Shown in pieces: positions 1-8,255 of a stretch of 64,000 bases of DNA (positions within the stretch are counted from its first letter, which is position 1; the number at the start of each line of letters is the position of its first letter). Under the pieces are notes generated by a model that saw only the letters and a program-made list of their open reading frames with translations, was not told the origin of the DNA and made no database searches. This DNA is from an uncultured virus (IMG/VR IMGVR_UViG_2061766007_001954). Its lineage: Duplodnaviria > Heunggongvirae > Uroviricota > Caudoviricetes. The stretch is taken from the IMG/VR virus record IMGVR_UViG_2061766007_001954. The stretch is one strand, 5' to 3'. Made by a program: the position numbers and the translations under genes.

Positions 1-2
1 AT

Positions 3-755
3 GCACAGGTCTATTGCTATGAGAACTGCTATGTCGATACCATTATTGTCCAGCATGGCGGTTTCGTCCGAGTTGACAAGGGAGCATTTGCACATTATCT
101 GCATATCTATAAGGAAGGCAAGGCAACGGTTCATATCGAAGCCAGCATCTATAAGCTCCAGGCAGAACCAGGCGCCCAATGGTGTCATGTCTATGATGAG
201 AATGTGAAGCCATATCGTGTAAGCATTTTCTTCAAGGACCGCACTATGGCTCTTAATTTCTGCACGTGGTTTACGGTTATGTATAACAATCATTATCAAG
301 CTGTGGAGTTTGGGGATATGTTCTTCAAAGGGATCAGCCGTTGTCTTATGCTGCCTGCCGATAAGGGCTATGAAGTTGAGTTTTCTGCTGAGACTTGTAA
401 CAGAAACAAGATCGACCAAATAAAAGAAGCTATTCAGAAACACAGCCCCTATAAGGGAGATGTGACTGTGTGGCTTAACGGAAAGAATGAGCTTGAATTG
501 AAATACGCAGCCATCATTAAAGAAGAAAAGCCCAGAAGCCCGGAACCAATGAAGAGAAAAGGCTTCTGGAGTCAGCTTATGGAGACCAATGACACTATTA
601 AAGTGCAGGATGACCTTGCCGATATTCATGCAGAGTGGGTTTCAGAGTTCGGAGAAGAGCTTGCTGCCAAGCTTGAGAAGTATATCGATGAGAAGGCGAA
701 AGACCCGAAGGTCGTTGCTCTTTTTGAACGCGCCTTCGGAAAGGCGCACAACTAA
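3..755 (+). CDS. hypothetical protein, 5'-truncated by the window edge
   Basis: Frame 3 is open from nt 3 (AQVYCYENCYVDTII...) into track ORF 204..755, so the gene starts upstream of the window. Confidence 0.7.
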   Translation, partial: AQVYCYENCYVDTIIVQHGGFVRVDKGAFAHYLHIYKEGKATVHIEASIYKLQAEPGAQWCHVYDENVKPYRVSIFFKDRTMALNFCTWFTVMYNNHYQAVEFGDMFFKGISRCLMLPADKGYEVEFSAETCNRNKIDQIKEAIQKHSPYKGDVTVWLNGKNELELKYAAIIKEEKPRSPEPMKRKGFWSQLMETNDTIKVQDDLADIHAEWVSEFGEELAAKLEKYIDEKAKDPKVVALFERAFGKAHN

Positions 756-782
756 CGCATCACCTCTATTAGGAGGTGGAAT

Positions 783-881
783 ATGACAGATCCTATTAAC
801 ATCATCGTATTTTGCACAACAGTAATTGGTATTGCTGCCATGGTCGCTATGGTGTATTACTGGTGGAAGGACGGCATGTGA
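783..881 (+). CDS. 32-aa single-TM small protein (not in ORF track)
   Basis: SD AGGAGG at 771-776; MTDPINIIVFCTTVIGIAAMVAMVYYWWKDGM. Confidence 0.65.
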   Translation: MTDPINIIVFCTTVIGIAAMVAMVYYWWKDGM

Positions 882-982
882 TGGTTTACAGCATGTGGAT
901 GCATATCATCTGGAATTTGCTGGATGTTGTCGTCTACCAAGGATAGTATACCGACAGTTTATTTTTACGGTTCAGTTTTAAT

Positions 983-1098
983 GCCATTAGAGTTTGTTTG
1001 TTTCCTCGATGGCTGATTCTCCTTGTTGTTGCCTGGTCTGACGGGTGGCCAGGTGAGTGTGGGTTGCCCTGTGATGCTTCGGTGTCACAGGGTTTTTT
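983..1098 (+). ncRNA. candidate small structured RNA
   Basis: Hairpin 983-1013, single-stranded TTCTCCTTGTTGTT, hairpin 1032-1053, then a terminator; G/T-rich, no good plus-strand ORF; 5' end unknown. Confidence 0.3.
1067..1098 (+). terminator. intrinsic terminator
   Basis: CCCTGTGATGC-TTCG-GTGTCACAGGG followed by TTTTTT. Confidence 0.85.
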
Positions 1099-1169
1099 AT
1101 TGCCTGGATTGTAGGCATAATAAGATAGCGGAATAACCGCTACAACTAACCACACAGAAAGGAATCACA

Positions 1170-1376
1170 ATGACAACAGCAATCACATTGATTGTAATCG
1201 GGGCAGTCTTATTGCTGCCGTTCGCCCTTTTGTTTCTCTGTCAAGTCATCGATACATTCATGACAATCTGCAGCAACAACTACTGCAAAGATGATGTCAT
1301 CTTCGGTTTGACAGTTGTATCCGCTACGGCGCTTGGCAGCTTACTGCTTGTTATTGGCATAAACAAATTACCATGA
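1170..1376 (+). CDS. small 2-TM membrane protein
   Basis: SD AAAGGA; two hydrophobic segments. Confidence 0.7.
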   Translation: MTTAITLIVIGAVLLLPFALLFLCQVIDTFMTICSNNYCKDDVIFGLTVVSATALGSLLLVIGINKLP

Positions 1377-1385
1377 GGAGCATCT

Positions 1386-1715
1386 ATGGTAACAGGTTCA
1401 GTTAAACCAGGCGAGATTCTATGGTATGCACATAATGGAGCCACTGTAAAGCCTCTTGAAGTTGCCGATAACAAAGGCGAGCCACGCACAACTGATCTAA
1501 TCTATGTTCGGACTCCCGGCAATCTGGAGAAGCCTCCGTGGCATTGTTGGGAAGGTTGGCTTTTTCGAGACAGGAAAGAAGCCTATAAACAGGCATGTAA
1601 GTTCTGCAGAGATGCAATAGATTCCAACAATTGGAAGATTGGAGATCTTCAAAAGCAGAACCGCATGATTCGTAAACAGCTCGACAGACTAACCAAGGAG
1701 GCTAAACGTGGCTAG
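1386..1715 (+). CDS. hypothetical, paralog family A (beta-barrel + LFxxxxxA helix + coiled coil)
   Basis: KPGEILW...WHCWEGWLFRDRKEA; SD GAGGAG. Confidence 0.75.
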   Translation: MVTGSVKPGEILWYAHNGATVKPLEVADNKGEPRTTDLIYVRTPGNLEKPPWHCWEGWLFRDRKEAYKQACKFCRDAIDSNNWKIGDLQKQNRMIRKQLDRLTKEAKRG

Positions 1716-1962
1716 ATTACGTCTTGATGATCGATCTCAATGGCGCTATTGGGTAGCAGATCATTCCATAGCGAATTGTATTTTCTGTCCAAAGCGCATA
1801 CCACCCGTTATCAAATGCTGCGTTATTCGCCGCATAGAAGGGATGGAAGCAGAAGTTGTCGATGTGTCGAACAGCTGCACAGCTTTCGTTCCTGTTAACA
1901 AACTATTCAAAACGGGGCAAGATGCGTGGGAAGACTACTACTTACAACAACAGAAGGAGTAA
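1708..1962 (+). CDS. hypothetical, family A-like
   Basis: VNKLFKTGQDAW; SD AAGGAGG, GTG start. Confidence 0.65.
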   Translation: MARLRLDDRSQWRYWVADHSIANCIFCPKRIPPVIKCCVIRRIEGMEAEVVDVSNSCTAFVPVNKLFKTGQDAWEDYYLQQQKE

Positions 1963-1967
1963 CACAT

Positions 1968-2246
1968 ATGTACAAATCCAAACATAAACAGCAAATCGCT
2001 GAACCTACTGGTGTGCTGGGTATCACAACAGAGCAGCCTATTCAGCCCGACAGCTTTAAGTCGCTGCTGATACCATTACAGCATCAGAGCCTTGTCAAGT
2101 TGCATACACAAGGAGGCATCGAGCAAGGAGAGGATAGAACAGCAACCCGCATATTCTTCAAGCTAGGCAAGTTGCCGTCTTCCAATAACGTGTACTTCAT
2201 GCTCGGTGATATCCATCAGCTGATCGGCTCGCTGCAACCAGAGTGA
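1968..2246 (+). CDS. hypothetical, possibly frameshifted (natural end 2322)
   Basis: SD AAGGAG, ATG 1968; coiled-coil continuation in the +1 frame. Confidence 0.55.
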   Translation: MYKSKHKQQIAEPTGVLGITTEQPIQPDSFKSLLIPLQHQSLVKLHTQGGIEQGEDRTATRIFFKLGKLPSSNNVYFMLGDIHQLIGSLQPE

Positions 2247-2318
2247 TATCGAAAGGCTGCAACAGCACAACGATAACATTCGCTCTAGACTGAAACAGCT
2301 GGATGAGGAGGAGGCAAC

Positions 2319-2501
2319 ATGAGTGACCGTTGTAACAAATGTCGGTATTACTCTAAATTGCATTTTTGCACAAAACATAAGCGAGATGCACATTCCAGAG
2401 ATCATGTGTGCCGCGAGTTCAAACCACCAAAAACAAATTTCAACCAAAAGGAGAACAAACATGGAACCGGACAGACGTGTAACACGTTTAAGGACCCTTG
2501 A
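2319..2501 (+). CDS. small Cys-rich protein
   Basis: CNKC..CTKH..C; SD GAGGAGG. Confidence 0.6.
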   Translation: MSDRCNKCRYYSKLHFCTKHKRDAHSRDHVCREFKPPKTNFNQKENKHGTGQTCNTFKDP

Positions 2502-2700
2502 CAAACACAACGACACTATTAACGCAATCAGAGAGCGTTGGAAAAAGATAGAGGAAGAGAAGAAAAAGATACTCGATCAACTCAAATCTATCAAGAAAGA
2601 TATCACGGATGATGATACTTCCTATAATATCGGGTTCACCGTCAGAGTCAAATGCGCGGATCTAATCGAAGCAATCGAGATGGATCCGTTTGCCATCTAA
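2461..2700 (+). CDS. hypothetical coiled-coil protein
   Basis: SD AAGGAG before ATG 2461 (track ORF starts too early). Confidence 0.65.
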   Translation: MEPDRRVTRLRTLDKHNDTINAIRERWKKIEEEKKKILDQLKSIKKDITDDDTSYNIGFTVRVKCADLIEAIEMDPFAI

Positions 2701-2716
2701 GAAAGGAAAACTAACA

Positions 2717-2959
2717 ATGGGTAGTACCGAAGAAGCCTTTATGGGCGCTGTTTGTATTGCAATGGTTGTTGCAGTTCTCGCTCTTATTGGCGGCTGCACG
2801 TACAACGAACGCAAAGCAACCAATGAAAAGTTCCGGCTCGAACAACAGCAAATGGAGCTTACTGCACAAGGCAAACCCACAAAGCTCGAAGTGGTAGTTC
2901 ACAAACTGGACGACGAGCAGTTCAAAGAACTCATACAGGCCATAAAGGAGAACAAGTAA
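2717..2959 (+). CDS. membrane-anchored protein, possible lipoprotein
   Basis: Hydrophobic N-terminus ending LIGGC; SD GAAAGG. Confidence 0.6.
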   Translation: MGSTEEAFMGAVCIAMVVAVLALIGGCTYNERKATNEKFRLEQQQMELTAQGKPTKLEVVVHKLDDEQFKELIQAIKENK

Positions 2960-3273
2960 TGAGTGCTCCTAAATACAAACCAGGAACACTCGTTTGGTGC
3001 GTTGAATGCGGTGATATCAAACAAGTCGAGGTTGCTGAAATGCAGCAGGGCTTTGATAACGAGACACGCATTAAATATCCAAATGATGATGTTATGCAGC
3101 CGTGGTATTGTTGGAATGGCTATTTGTTTAAGTCACGCAAAAGGGCTGTCAGAATGGCTATTGTGCAGCTCTATGCAAAGCTTGCAGATAACAGTCGGCT
3201 TATCAATGAGATAAATGCCGAAAATAAAGCTATCGAGGCCAACATTAAAAAATTACAACAGGAGACACCATGA
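2959..3273 (+). CDS. hypothetical, paralog family A
   Basis: KPGTLVW...WYCWNGYLFKSRKRA; clearly similar to 1386..1715. Confidence 0.75.
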   Translation: MSAPKYKPGTLVWCVECGDIKQVEVAEMQQGFDNETRIKYPNDDVMQPWYCWNGYLFKSRKRAVRMAIVQLYAKLADNSRLINEINAENKAIEANIKKLQQETP

Positions 3274-3455
3274 GACCCTTCAATGAGCAAGGTAAATATG
3301 CCAGACATGAGTTCTTCAAGCAATGCAAACGGCTGCAATTGTTCCGGCCATATCTGGGTCCGGACATTATTCCGCCAAAAGCATCAGATCATCAAGGACA
3401 GCCAAAAGCAATTGTTGGCACTGGTGGCTTCAGAGTAAAGAAAGGAGATAAATGA
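3270..3455 (+). CDS. small basic protein, PKAxxGTGGF family
   Basis: Ends PKAIVGTGGFRVKK; ATGA coupling on both sides. Confidence 0.65.
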   Translation: MRPFNEQGKYARHEFFKQCKRLQLFRPYLGPDIIPPKASDHQGQPKAIVGTGGFRVKKGDK

Positions 3456-3754
3456 TAAAGAATCCTGAAATAGGCATGACTGTCTTCTCTGTGTTCGGCA
3501 TACTTAATAAAGAGCATATGTACATAGGGAAGATAGTCGACATCCATCCTGAGTGGGAGAGTGGTATCATTGTGCAGTGGCAGCATCCGATATCAGCAAA
3601 AATACCTGCAAGCGAGGATGAGCTGTTCACTTCCATGTTAGATGCCAAGCATGCACATTCGGATAAGCTCAATATGGAATTGGATAAAGAGATACTTGCT
3701 ATCTATAATAAATATCCAGAAGCCATGGACACTGATAAAGGAGTTGAAGGATGA
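3452..3754 (+). CDS. hypothetical, family A-like
   Basis: PEIGMTVF...ELFTSMLDAK. Confidence 0.7.
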   Translation: MIKNPEIGMTVFSVFGILNKEHMYIGKIVDIHPEWESGIIVQWQHPISAKIPASEDELFTSMLDAKHAHSDKLNMELDKEILAIYNKYPEAMDTDKGVEG

Positions 3755-3912
3755 AGCAGATTCCTTATTGGCAATTTCAGTTAAGCATACCGAAATGGAT
3801 GTCCAATGGAATAAAATATGCCTACAAACCCAACAAGCCGCCTAAACCAAAAGCCTTGGCAGGCACAGGCGGCTTCAAACTAAAACGAAAACACAAACGA
3901 GGTGGTGAGTGA
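3751..3912 (+). CDS. 53-aa basic protein, PKAxxGTGGF family (not in ORF track)
   Basis: MKQIPYWQF...PKALAGTGGFKLKRKHKRGGE; ATGA/GTGA coupling. Confidence 0.65.
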   Translation: MKQIPYWQFQLSIPKWMSNGIKYAYKPNKPPKPKALAGTGGFKLKRKHKRGGE

Positions 3913-4277
3913 TTATTGTAATAAGCGCAAGGCACCGATTTAAGAAGGGCAGCAGGCCTTGGCGTTATGTTATAGGAGCAACCTATTACAGACTAGAAAG
4001 GCTGTTGATTGTCTGCAGAAGACATAATGCCGGGCCATATCCCTGCTATAAGGCAAGACTCGATTCTGATACCACATTGGAAATCTTGGATCAATATCTG
4101 TTTGCTACACGCAAAGAGGCCAAGCAAGCGCTTATTGATGAGATGCAAGAGCGTGAGCGGGCCTATGCTTCCGAGATTACCAGATGTCTGGACACCATTG
4201 ATGCTAGACAGAAAGAACTGAAGTTCTTGCGTTCCAGATTACGTATTCTGACTAAACCACAAAAAGAAATGAGGTAA
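3909..4277 (+). CDS. hypothetical, family A-like
   Basis: YLFATRKEAKQAL + coiled coil. Confidence 0.65.
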   Translation: MIIVISARHRFKKGSRPWRYVIGATYYRLERLLIVCRRHNAGPYPCYKARLDSDTTLEILDQYLFATRKEAKQALIDEMQERERAYASEITRCLDTIDARQKELKFLRSRLRILTKPQKEMR

Positions 4278-4278
4278 T

Positions 4279-4908
4279 ATGTCTAAACAAATCGAAATCA
4301 ACGACGAGGCTTTCATTCTGGATAAGGACTGGGCTCGCGTCTTTCCTGTCAAAGTCACAGGCAAATCCGGCAAAGACTACAATGCCAGATACACCGTGAA
4401 ACTGGATGTTACTCCAGGCGTACACGATGAGCTGACGTTTAATGGCATTGCCAAGCCGTGTCCGTTCACGATCCCAGAAGACAAACAGTTCACATCCTAT
4501 GAGCTATATCCAACGGCTGTGAAGGCTTACGAACATCTCATCCGGGAACTCGAAAATGACAGGGACGAATGCAAGAAACGTCTTGAGGCGTTTCCGTGGC
4601 TTATCAAATCAGCAAAGAAACGTCTCGATGGCGCCCTTAAAACGGCAGGCAGTGTGTTCAGGCTTAATCAGACCGTGTGGGTGATTGAGCAGCACTATGG
4701 TGAGACTGCCAGAGTCGAGGAAGCCAAGATCGAATCTTTCGATAGAGGCGACTTTCAAGATCGTCCGTATATGGTCAGCACCAAAAGAAGCCAAAACGCT
4801 CTTTGGTGCAACGTCGAGTCCATTTACACTACCAGGGAAGCTGCTGTCAATGCTCTCAAGGCAAAACTCAAACAAGAGTACGACAAGAAGCTGGCGGAAG
4901 TCAGCTGA
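4279..4908 (+). CDS. hypothetical with two family A-like modules
   Basis: ELYPTAVKA and SIYTTREAA, each after a beta-rich segment. Confidence 0.7.
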   Translation: MSKQIEINDEAFILDKDWARVFPVKVTGKSGKDYNARYTVKLDVTPGVHDELTFNGIAKPCPFTIPEDKQFTSYELYPTAVKAYEHLIRELENDRDECKKRLEAFPWLIKSAKKRLDGALKTAGSVFRLNQTVWVIEQHYGETARVEEAKIESFDRGDFQDRPYMVSTKRSQNALWCNVESIYTTREAAVNALKAKLKQEYDKKLAEVS

Positions 4909-5028
4909 GACATATCTATGCAAGACCCAATATCACCGAAACAAGGTCAGCACTATGAGGGTTCCTGTGGTGTGGACCGACACAGAAAGGCCAGATTGGC
5001 TCTGTGATTAACAATAAGGAGAACAATA

Positions 5029-5232
5029 ATGTCAATTCATGATGGTCTTACCAAGAAAACGTACACCATTACGACCTGTAATCTGCTTTTTCAGCAGGAG
5101 TTGGAAGGTGTTCTGAAACGCGTACAGGAAAGCGAGAAGACTGCACCGGGTGCAAAGATTCTCGTTGACAGCGGCAATGAAACCAAGTTCGTTATGACTA
5201 AGGAACTTCTTCCTTGGCCTAATATCAAGTAA
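5029..5232 (+). CDS. hypothetical
   Basis: SD AAGGAG. Confidence 0.65.
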   Translation: MSIHDGLTKKTYTITTCNLLFQQELEGVLKRVQESEKTAPGAKILVDSGNETKFVMTKELLPWPNIK

Positions 5233-5243
5233 GGAACCTACAA

Positions 5244-5432
5244 ATGAGCAAGTGTCCTGAATGCAAATCCGAAGACACTTTCGTCGATGATGGTCCCTAT
5301 CTGGACGGACCCGACGGAATGTATCTTACTCGCGCCTGTGATGCATGCGGCTGTGAGTGGCGTGAGGAATTCGCCATCACGCCGTATGATTCCGAAGTCA
5401 CCAAACATGGAGATCAATACAAGGCAGAATAG
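5244..5432 (+). CDS. zinc-ribbon protein
   Basis: CPEC...CDAC. Confidence 0.7.
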   Translation: MSKCPECKSEDTFVDDGPYLDGPDGMYLTRACDACGCEWREEFAITPYDSEVTKHGDQYKAE

Positions 5433-5435
5433 CAA

Positions 5436-5906
5436 ATGCTGGATCTGCTCGATGTATTAAAGGCATTGGCAAACTCCACACAACTCACATCCGATCTAAT
5501 CAGACCGTATTTCGCTGACATCGATCTCGTGCTTGTTGCAGAGCTAACAAGCGATTCGCTTGGCGCCTATATGGCAGAGATGTCTACTATTTTGATGTGT
5601 CCTTATAGCATATGGATGGCTTCTGTGGAGAATAAGCTGGCATATGACTATCTACTTGTACGTGTTCTGGCACATGAGTTCAGACACGCGCAACAGTTTG
5701 TAGACGAGACACTGCCTGCTGTTGATCCATATGCATACAGCAAAGCAGACGGTACTGTCGATTTTGATAAGTATAAGACCGACAGAGGAGAGATCGACGC
5801 TGTGGATTATGCCAATGCTGTAATGAACCGTATCAATAAAACAACAACGATGTCCGATATAGCTGAATACATCAATTATAAATGGCGTATTCAGCTGTTA
5901 GGATAG
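5436..5906 (+). CDS. putative zincin-like metallopeptidase
   Basis: VLAHEFRHAQQ plus downstream GEIDA. Confidence 0.6.
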   Translation: MLDLLDVLKALANSTQLTSDLIRPYFADIDLVLVAELTSDSLGAYMAEMSTILMCPYSIWMASVENKLAYDYLLVRVLAHEFRHAQQFVDETLPAVDPYAYSKADGTVDFDKYKTDRGEIDAVDYANAVMNRINKTTTMSDIAEYINYKWRIQLLG

Positions 5907-5985
5907 AGTTGATCATTCTTGTCATATCAATAAGAAAGGAACTTAACAGTGCCGCCTGATTATACAGAAGACTAAGGAATCGACT

Positions 5986-6375
5986 ATGCGCTTTTGGACA
6001 TCCTATTTCGGTAATGTGAGAAATCTGCCATCAGATATCGTACCTATTGGTATTGCCGGTAAATCACCCAAAGGCTGGAAAGGCTTGGAATACAAAAAGC
6101 TTGCTCCCTCCTGGGACATCTACAGCACGTGGAAATACCAGCACCATGACGACGGTCTGTATACAGCAAGATTTAAGGCAGAACGCCTTGGTAAGCTTTG
6201 TTTCGAGAATGTCCTGAATGATCTTGAAAGACTTACCAAAGGACAAGATGCCTGTCTTCTCTGCTATGAAATACCAGGTATGTTTTGTCATAGACACCTT
6301 GTGGCAGACTGGTTCACAGCAAATGGTTATACAACACTGGAATTAACTAATGGAGCTCTTCCAACTGTTATGTAG
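5986..6375 (+). CDS. DUF488-like protein
   Basis: TSYF...LAPSW...LLCYE....CHRHLVADW. Confidence 0.75.
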   Translation: MRFWTSYFGNVRNLPSDIVPIGIAGKSPKGWKGLEYKKLAPSWDIYSTWKYQHHDDGLYTARFKAERLGKLCFENVLNDLERLTKGQDACLLCYEIPGMFCHRHLVADWFTANGYTTLELTNGALPTVM

Positions 6376-6381
6376 GTTCTT

Positions 6382-6413
6382 GCCCCGGTCTAATAAACCG
6401 GGGCTTTTCTTTT
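6382..6413 (+). terminator. intrinsic terminator
   Basis: GCCCCGGT...ACCGGGGC + TTTTCTTTT. Confidence 0.8.
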
Positions 6414-6452
6414 ATGCTACAGTAAGTGTAACCATTAACAAAGTAGTTTATT

Positions 6453-7079
6453 ATGGATTTCGGATGGGCAATCAACGCACTCAAAGCAGGCAACAAGGTG
6501 ACGCGCAAGGGCTGGAATGGAAAGGGCATGTACCTTTGGCTTATGCCTGCCACCACTGTGAAAGCCGATTGGTGCAAGGAGCCGGTGCTGAAGAGGCTCG
6601 CGGAAGACAATGGCGGCGAGATCGAATGCCTCGGCACTATCAGGATGTACACGCATGACAGCACTGGAAGAAAGGCCGTTCTTACAGGCTGGCTGGCTTC
6701 CCAGAGCGATATGCTGGCGGAGGACTGGGATTACGCCTGCGTCTCGCCAAAGGACGAACAGGACAGCATTGCCAAGCTCCCCAAAGCAGGCAGCATGGAA
6801 AACTGCGAGATCCTCAGCAATGCCATCAACCAGTTGCTGGAGAGTATCGGAGTTATGCCGCATCTGACAGTGACTCTGGTGCCTGGGCCGGAAGACAAGG
6901 AACTCCTTATCTCTATCGAGGAGAGGAGTGATCGCGGGGCATCCAACTTCCCTCTTTATGTAGCTGATGTGGATGGCATCATCAAGACTAATATCGGATC
7001 TCCTGTGAAGAGCATCAAGACTGTCGCTGGTGGCTACGAAGTGGAAGACATGCAGAGCAGTCTCGGTAAGGAGGACTGA
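6453..7079 (+). CDS. DUF2829 (Tad2-like) domain with C-terminal extension
   Basis: MDFGWAINALKAGNKVTRKGWNGKGMYL...GWLASQSDMLAEDW. Confidence 0.8.
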   Translation: MDFGWAINALKAGNKVTRKGWNGKGMYLWLMPATTVKADWCKEPVLKRLAEDNGGEIECLGTIRMYTHDSTGRKAVLTGWLASQSDMLAEDWDYACVSPKDEQDSIAKLPKAGSMENCEILSNAINQLLESIGVMPHLTVTLVPGPEDKELLISIEERSDRGASNFPLYVADVDGIIKTNIGSPVKSIKTVAGGYEVEDMQSSLGKED

Positions 7080-7082
7080 CGT

Positions 7083-7583
7083 ATGGATTTTGCATGGGCA
7101 ATGAAAGCATTGGGAGAGGGCAAGAAGATCACGCGCAGATCGCTGGCTGGAGATCCGCCTATTTATCTTTATTGGAATAAGACGGATGACACTATCATGC
7201 GTGACTACGGAGCTCGCACAGACAGTAAATGGCATCCTTCATTGGATAGCTTGTTCGCTGAAGATTGGGAAGAATACGTGGAGCCCAAGAAGGCAGCACA
7301 GGATAAGCTCCCCAAGGAAGATCTTCCTGTGTGGCCGGAAGTCAATGCTGACGGTTATGCCCGCATGAGCAAGGATTCAGATGCGGTTGTTCATGACGGT
7401 GTCTACAGGCCCAAGAAGGAGCCGAGTGTGAAAGCTGCGGAAGACCAGATAGACTATGCCAAAGAGGCTAGGAAGATCGTGGACGGCCTGCCTGAAGACT
7501 ATTACAAGATACAGCTTATTGATGCTCTGGTGGATGCTTTTGTCGATAAGATCAGCCAGCGCGTTGCCCGGCTATTGAAGTAA
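7083..7583 (+). CDS. divergent DUF2829 (Tad2-like) domain with C-terminal extension
   Basis: MDFAWAMKALGEGKKITR...WHPSLDSLFAEDW. Confidence 0.65.
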   Translation: MDFAWAMKALGEGKKITRRSLAGDPPIYLYWNKTDDTIMRDYGARTDSKWHPSLDSLFAEDWEEYVEPKKAAQDKLPKEDLPVWPEVNADGYARMSKDSDAVVHDGVYRPKKEPSVKAAEDQIDYAKEARKIVDGLPEDYYKIQLIDALVDAFVDKISQRVARLLK

Positions 7584-7610
7584 ACGGGATACGTCGTGAA
7601 GTGAATAAGT

Positions 7611-7645
7611 AAGCCCTGGCTTGTAAAAAGCTGGGGCTTTATTTT
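7611..7645 (+). terminator. intrinsic terminator
   Basis: AAGCCCTGGCTT...AAGCTGGGGCTT + T-rich tail. Confidence 0.75.
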
Positions 7646-7692
7646 AGTGTTAATTTGAGCTTAAAATAGCTTAATTTTCGGGGTTTTGTGGT

Positions 7693-7745
7693 TATAATTA
7701 CATAGAGGAGAATACTCTTTAACAACCAACTAAACACAGAAAGGA
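7693..7745 (+). promoter_or_regulatory. putative -10 (TATAAT) plus leader ending CACAGAAAGGA
   Basis: Same layout as 1116-1163 (CATAAT, short hairpin, CAACTAA..CACAGAAAGGA). Confidence 0.4.
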
Positions 7746-7752
7746 TCCTCCC

Positions 7753-7992
7753 ATGAAATTCCAATCAATTCGCATAGATGCAGATAATAATCTGCTCGTC
7801 GAAGAAAACAATGGATCGCTCACCAGATTAGTTTGCCCCTATAGCGGCAAACCCTGTGGATTCTCATGTCCACACTGTGGACGTCCAGCCGATTATGGGC
7901 CACTTACGGGGCCTGGCTATTATCTGGATTTGCATTGTGCATCCAGAACAACCCGCATTGAAGCTTACGCAATCTCATACAAATTAGGCTAA
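7753..7992 (+). CDS. small Cys-containing protein
   Basis: CPY..C...CPHC; SD AAAGGA. Confidence 0.65.
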   Translation: MKFQSIRIDADNNLLVEENNGSLTRLVCPYSGKPCGFSCPHCGRPADYGPLTGPGYYLDLHCASRTTRIEAYAISYKLG

Positions 7993-8004
7993 GGAGAACA
8001 AACA

Positions 8005-8109
8005 ATGAATCCAAATGATCTTTTCAAACCCGCCGTAGCCATTATTCTTTGGCCTATCGTCATTCTGTTCTGCATTGTTTGCGCCGCTATCCCGGCGATC
8101 AGAGACTAA
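8005..8109 (+). CDS. 34-aa membrane peptide (not in ORF track)
   Basis: SD AAGGAG; MNPNDLFKPAVAIILWPIVILFCIVCAAIPAIRD. Confidence 0.6.
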   Translation: MNPNDLFKPAVAIILWPIVILFCIVCAAIPAIRD

Positions 8110-8141
8110 TAAACAATGGGTTCTGAATAAGACCGATAAAG

Positions 8142-8179
8142 ACAGGTGCTACCTACTGGCTACACCTGTTTTTTCTTTT
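8142..8179 (+). terminator. intrinsic terminator
   Basis: ACAGGTG...CACCTGT + T-tract. Confidence 0.7.
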
Positions 8180-8255
8180 ACTGTGTAGCTGGTACTGTAA
8201 AGGCAGATGACGCTTACTATAATATAAGAATATAACTCGAAGGAGATTTAATATA

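Noticed and set aside
1..207. Track ORF 1..207
   Set aside because: Overlaps the continuous frame-3 gene that leads into 204..755
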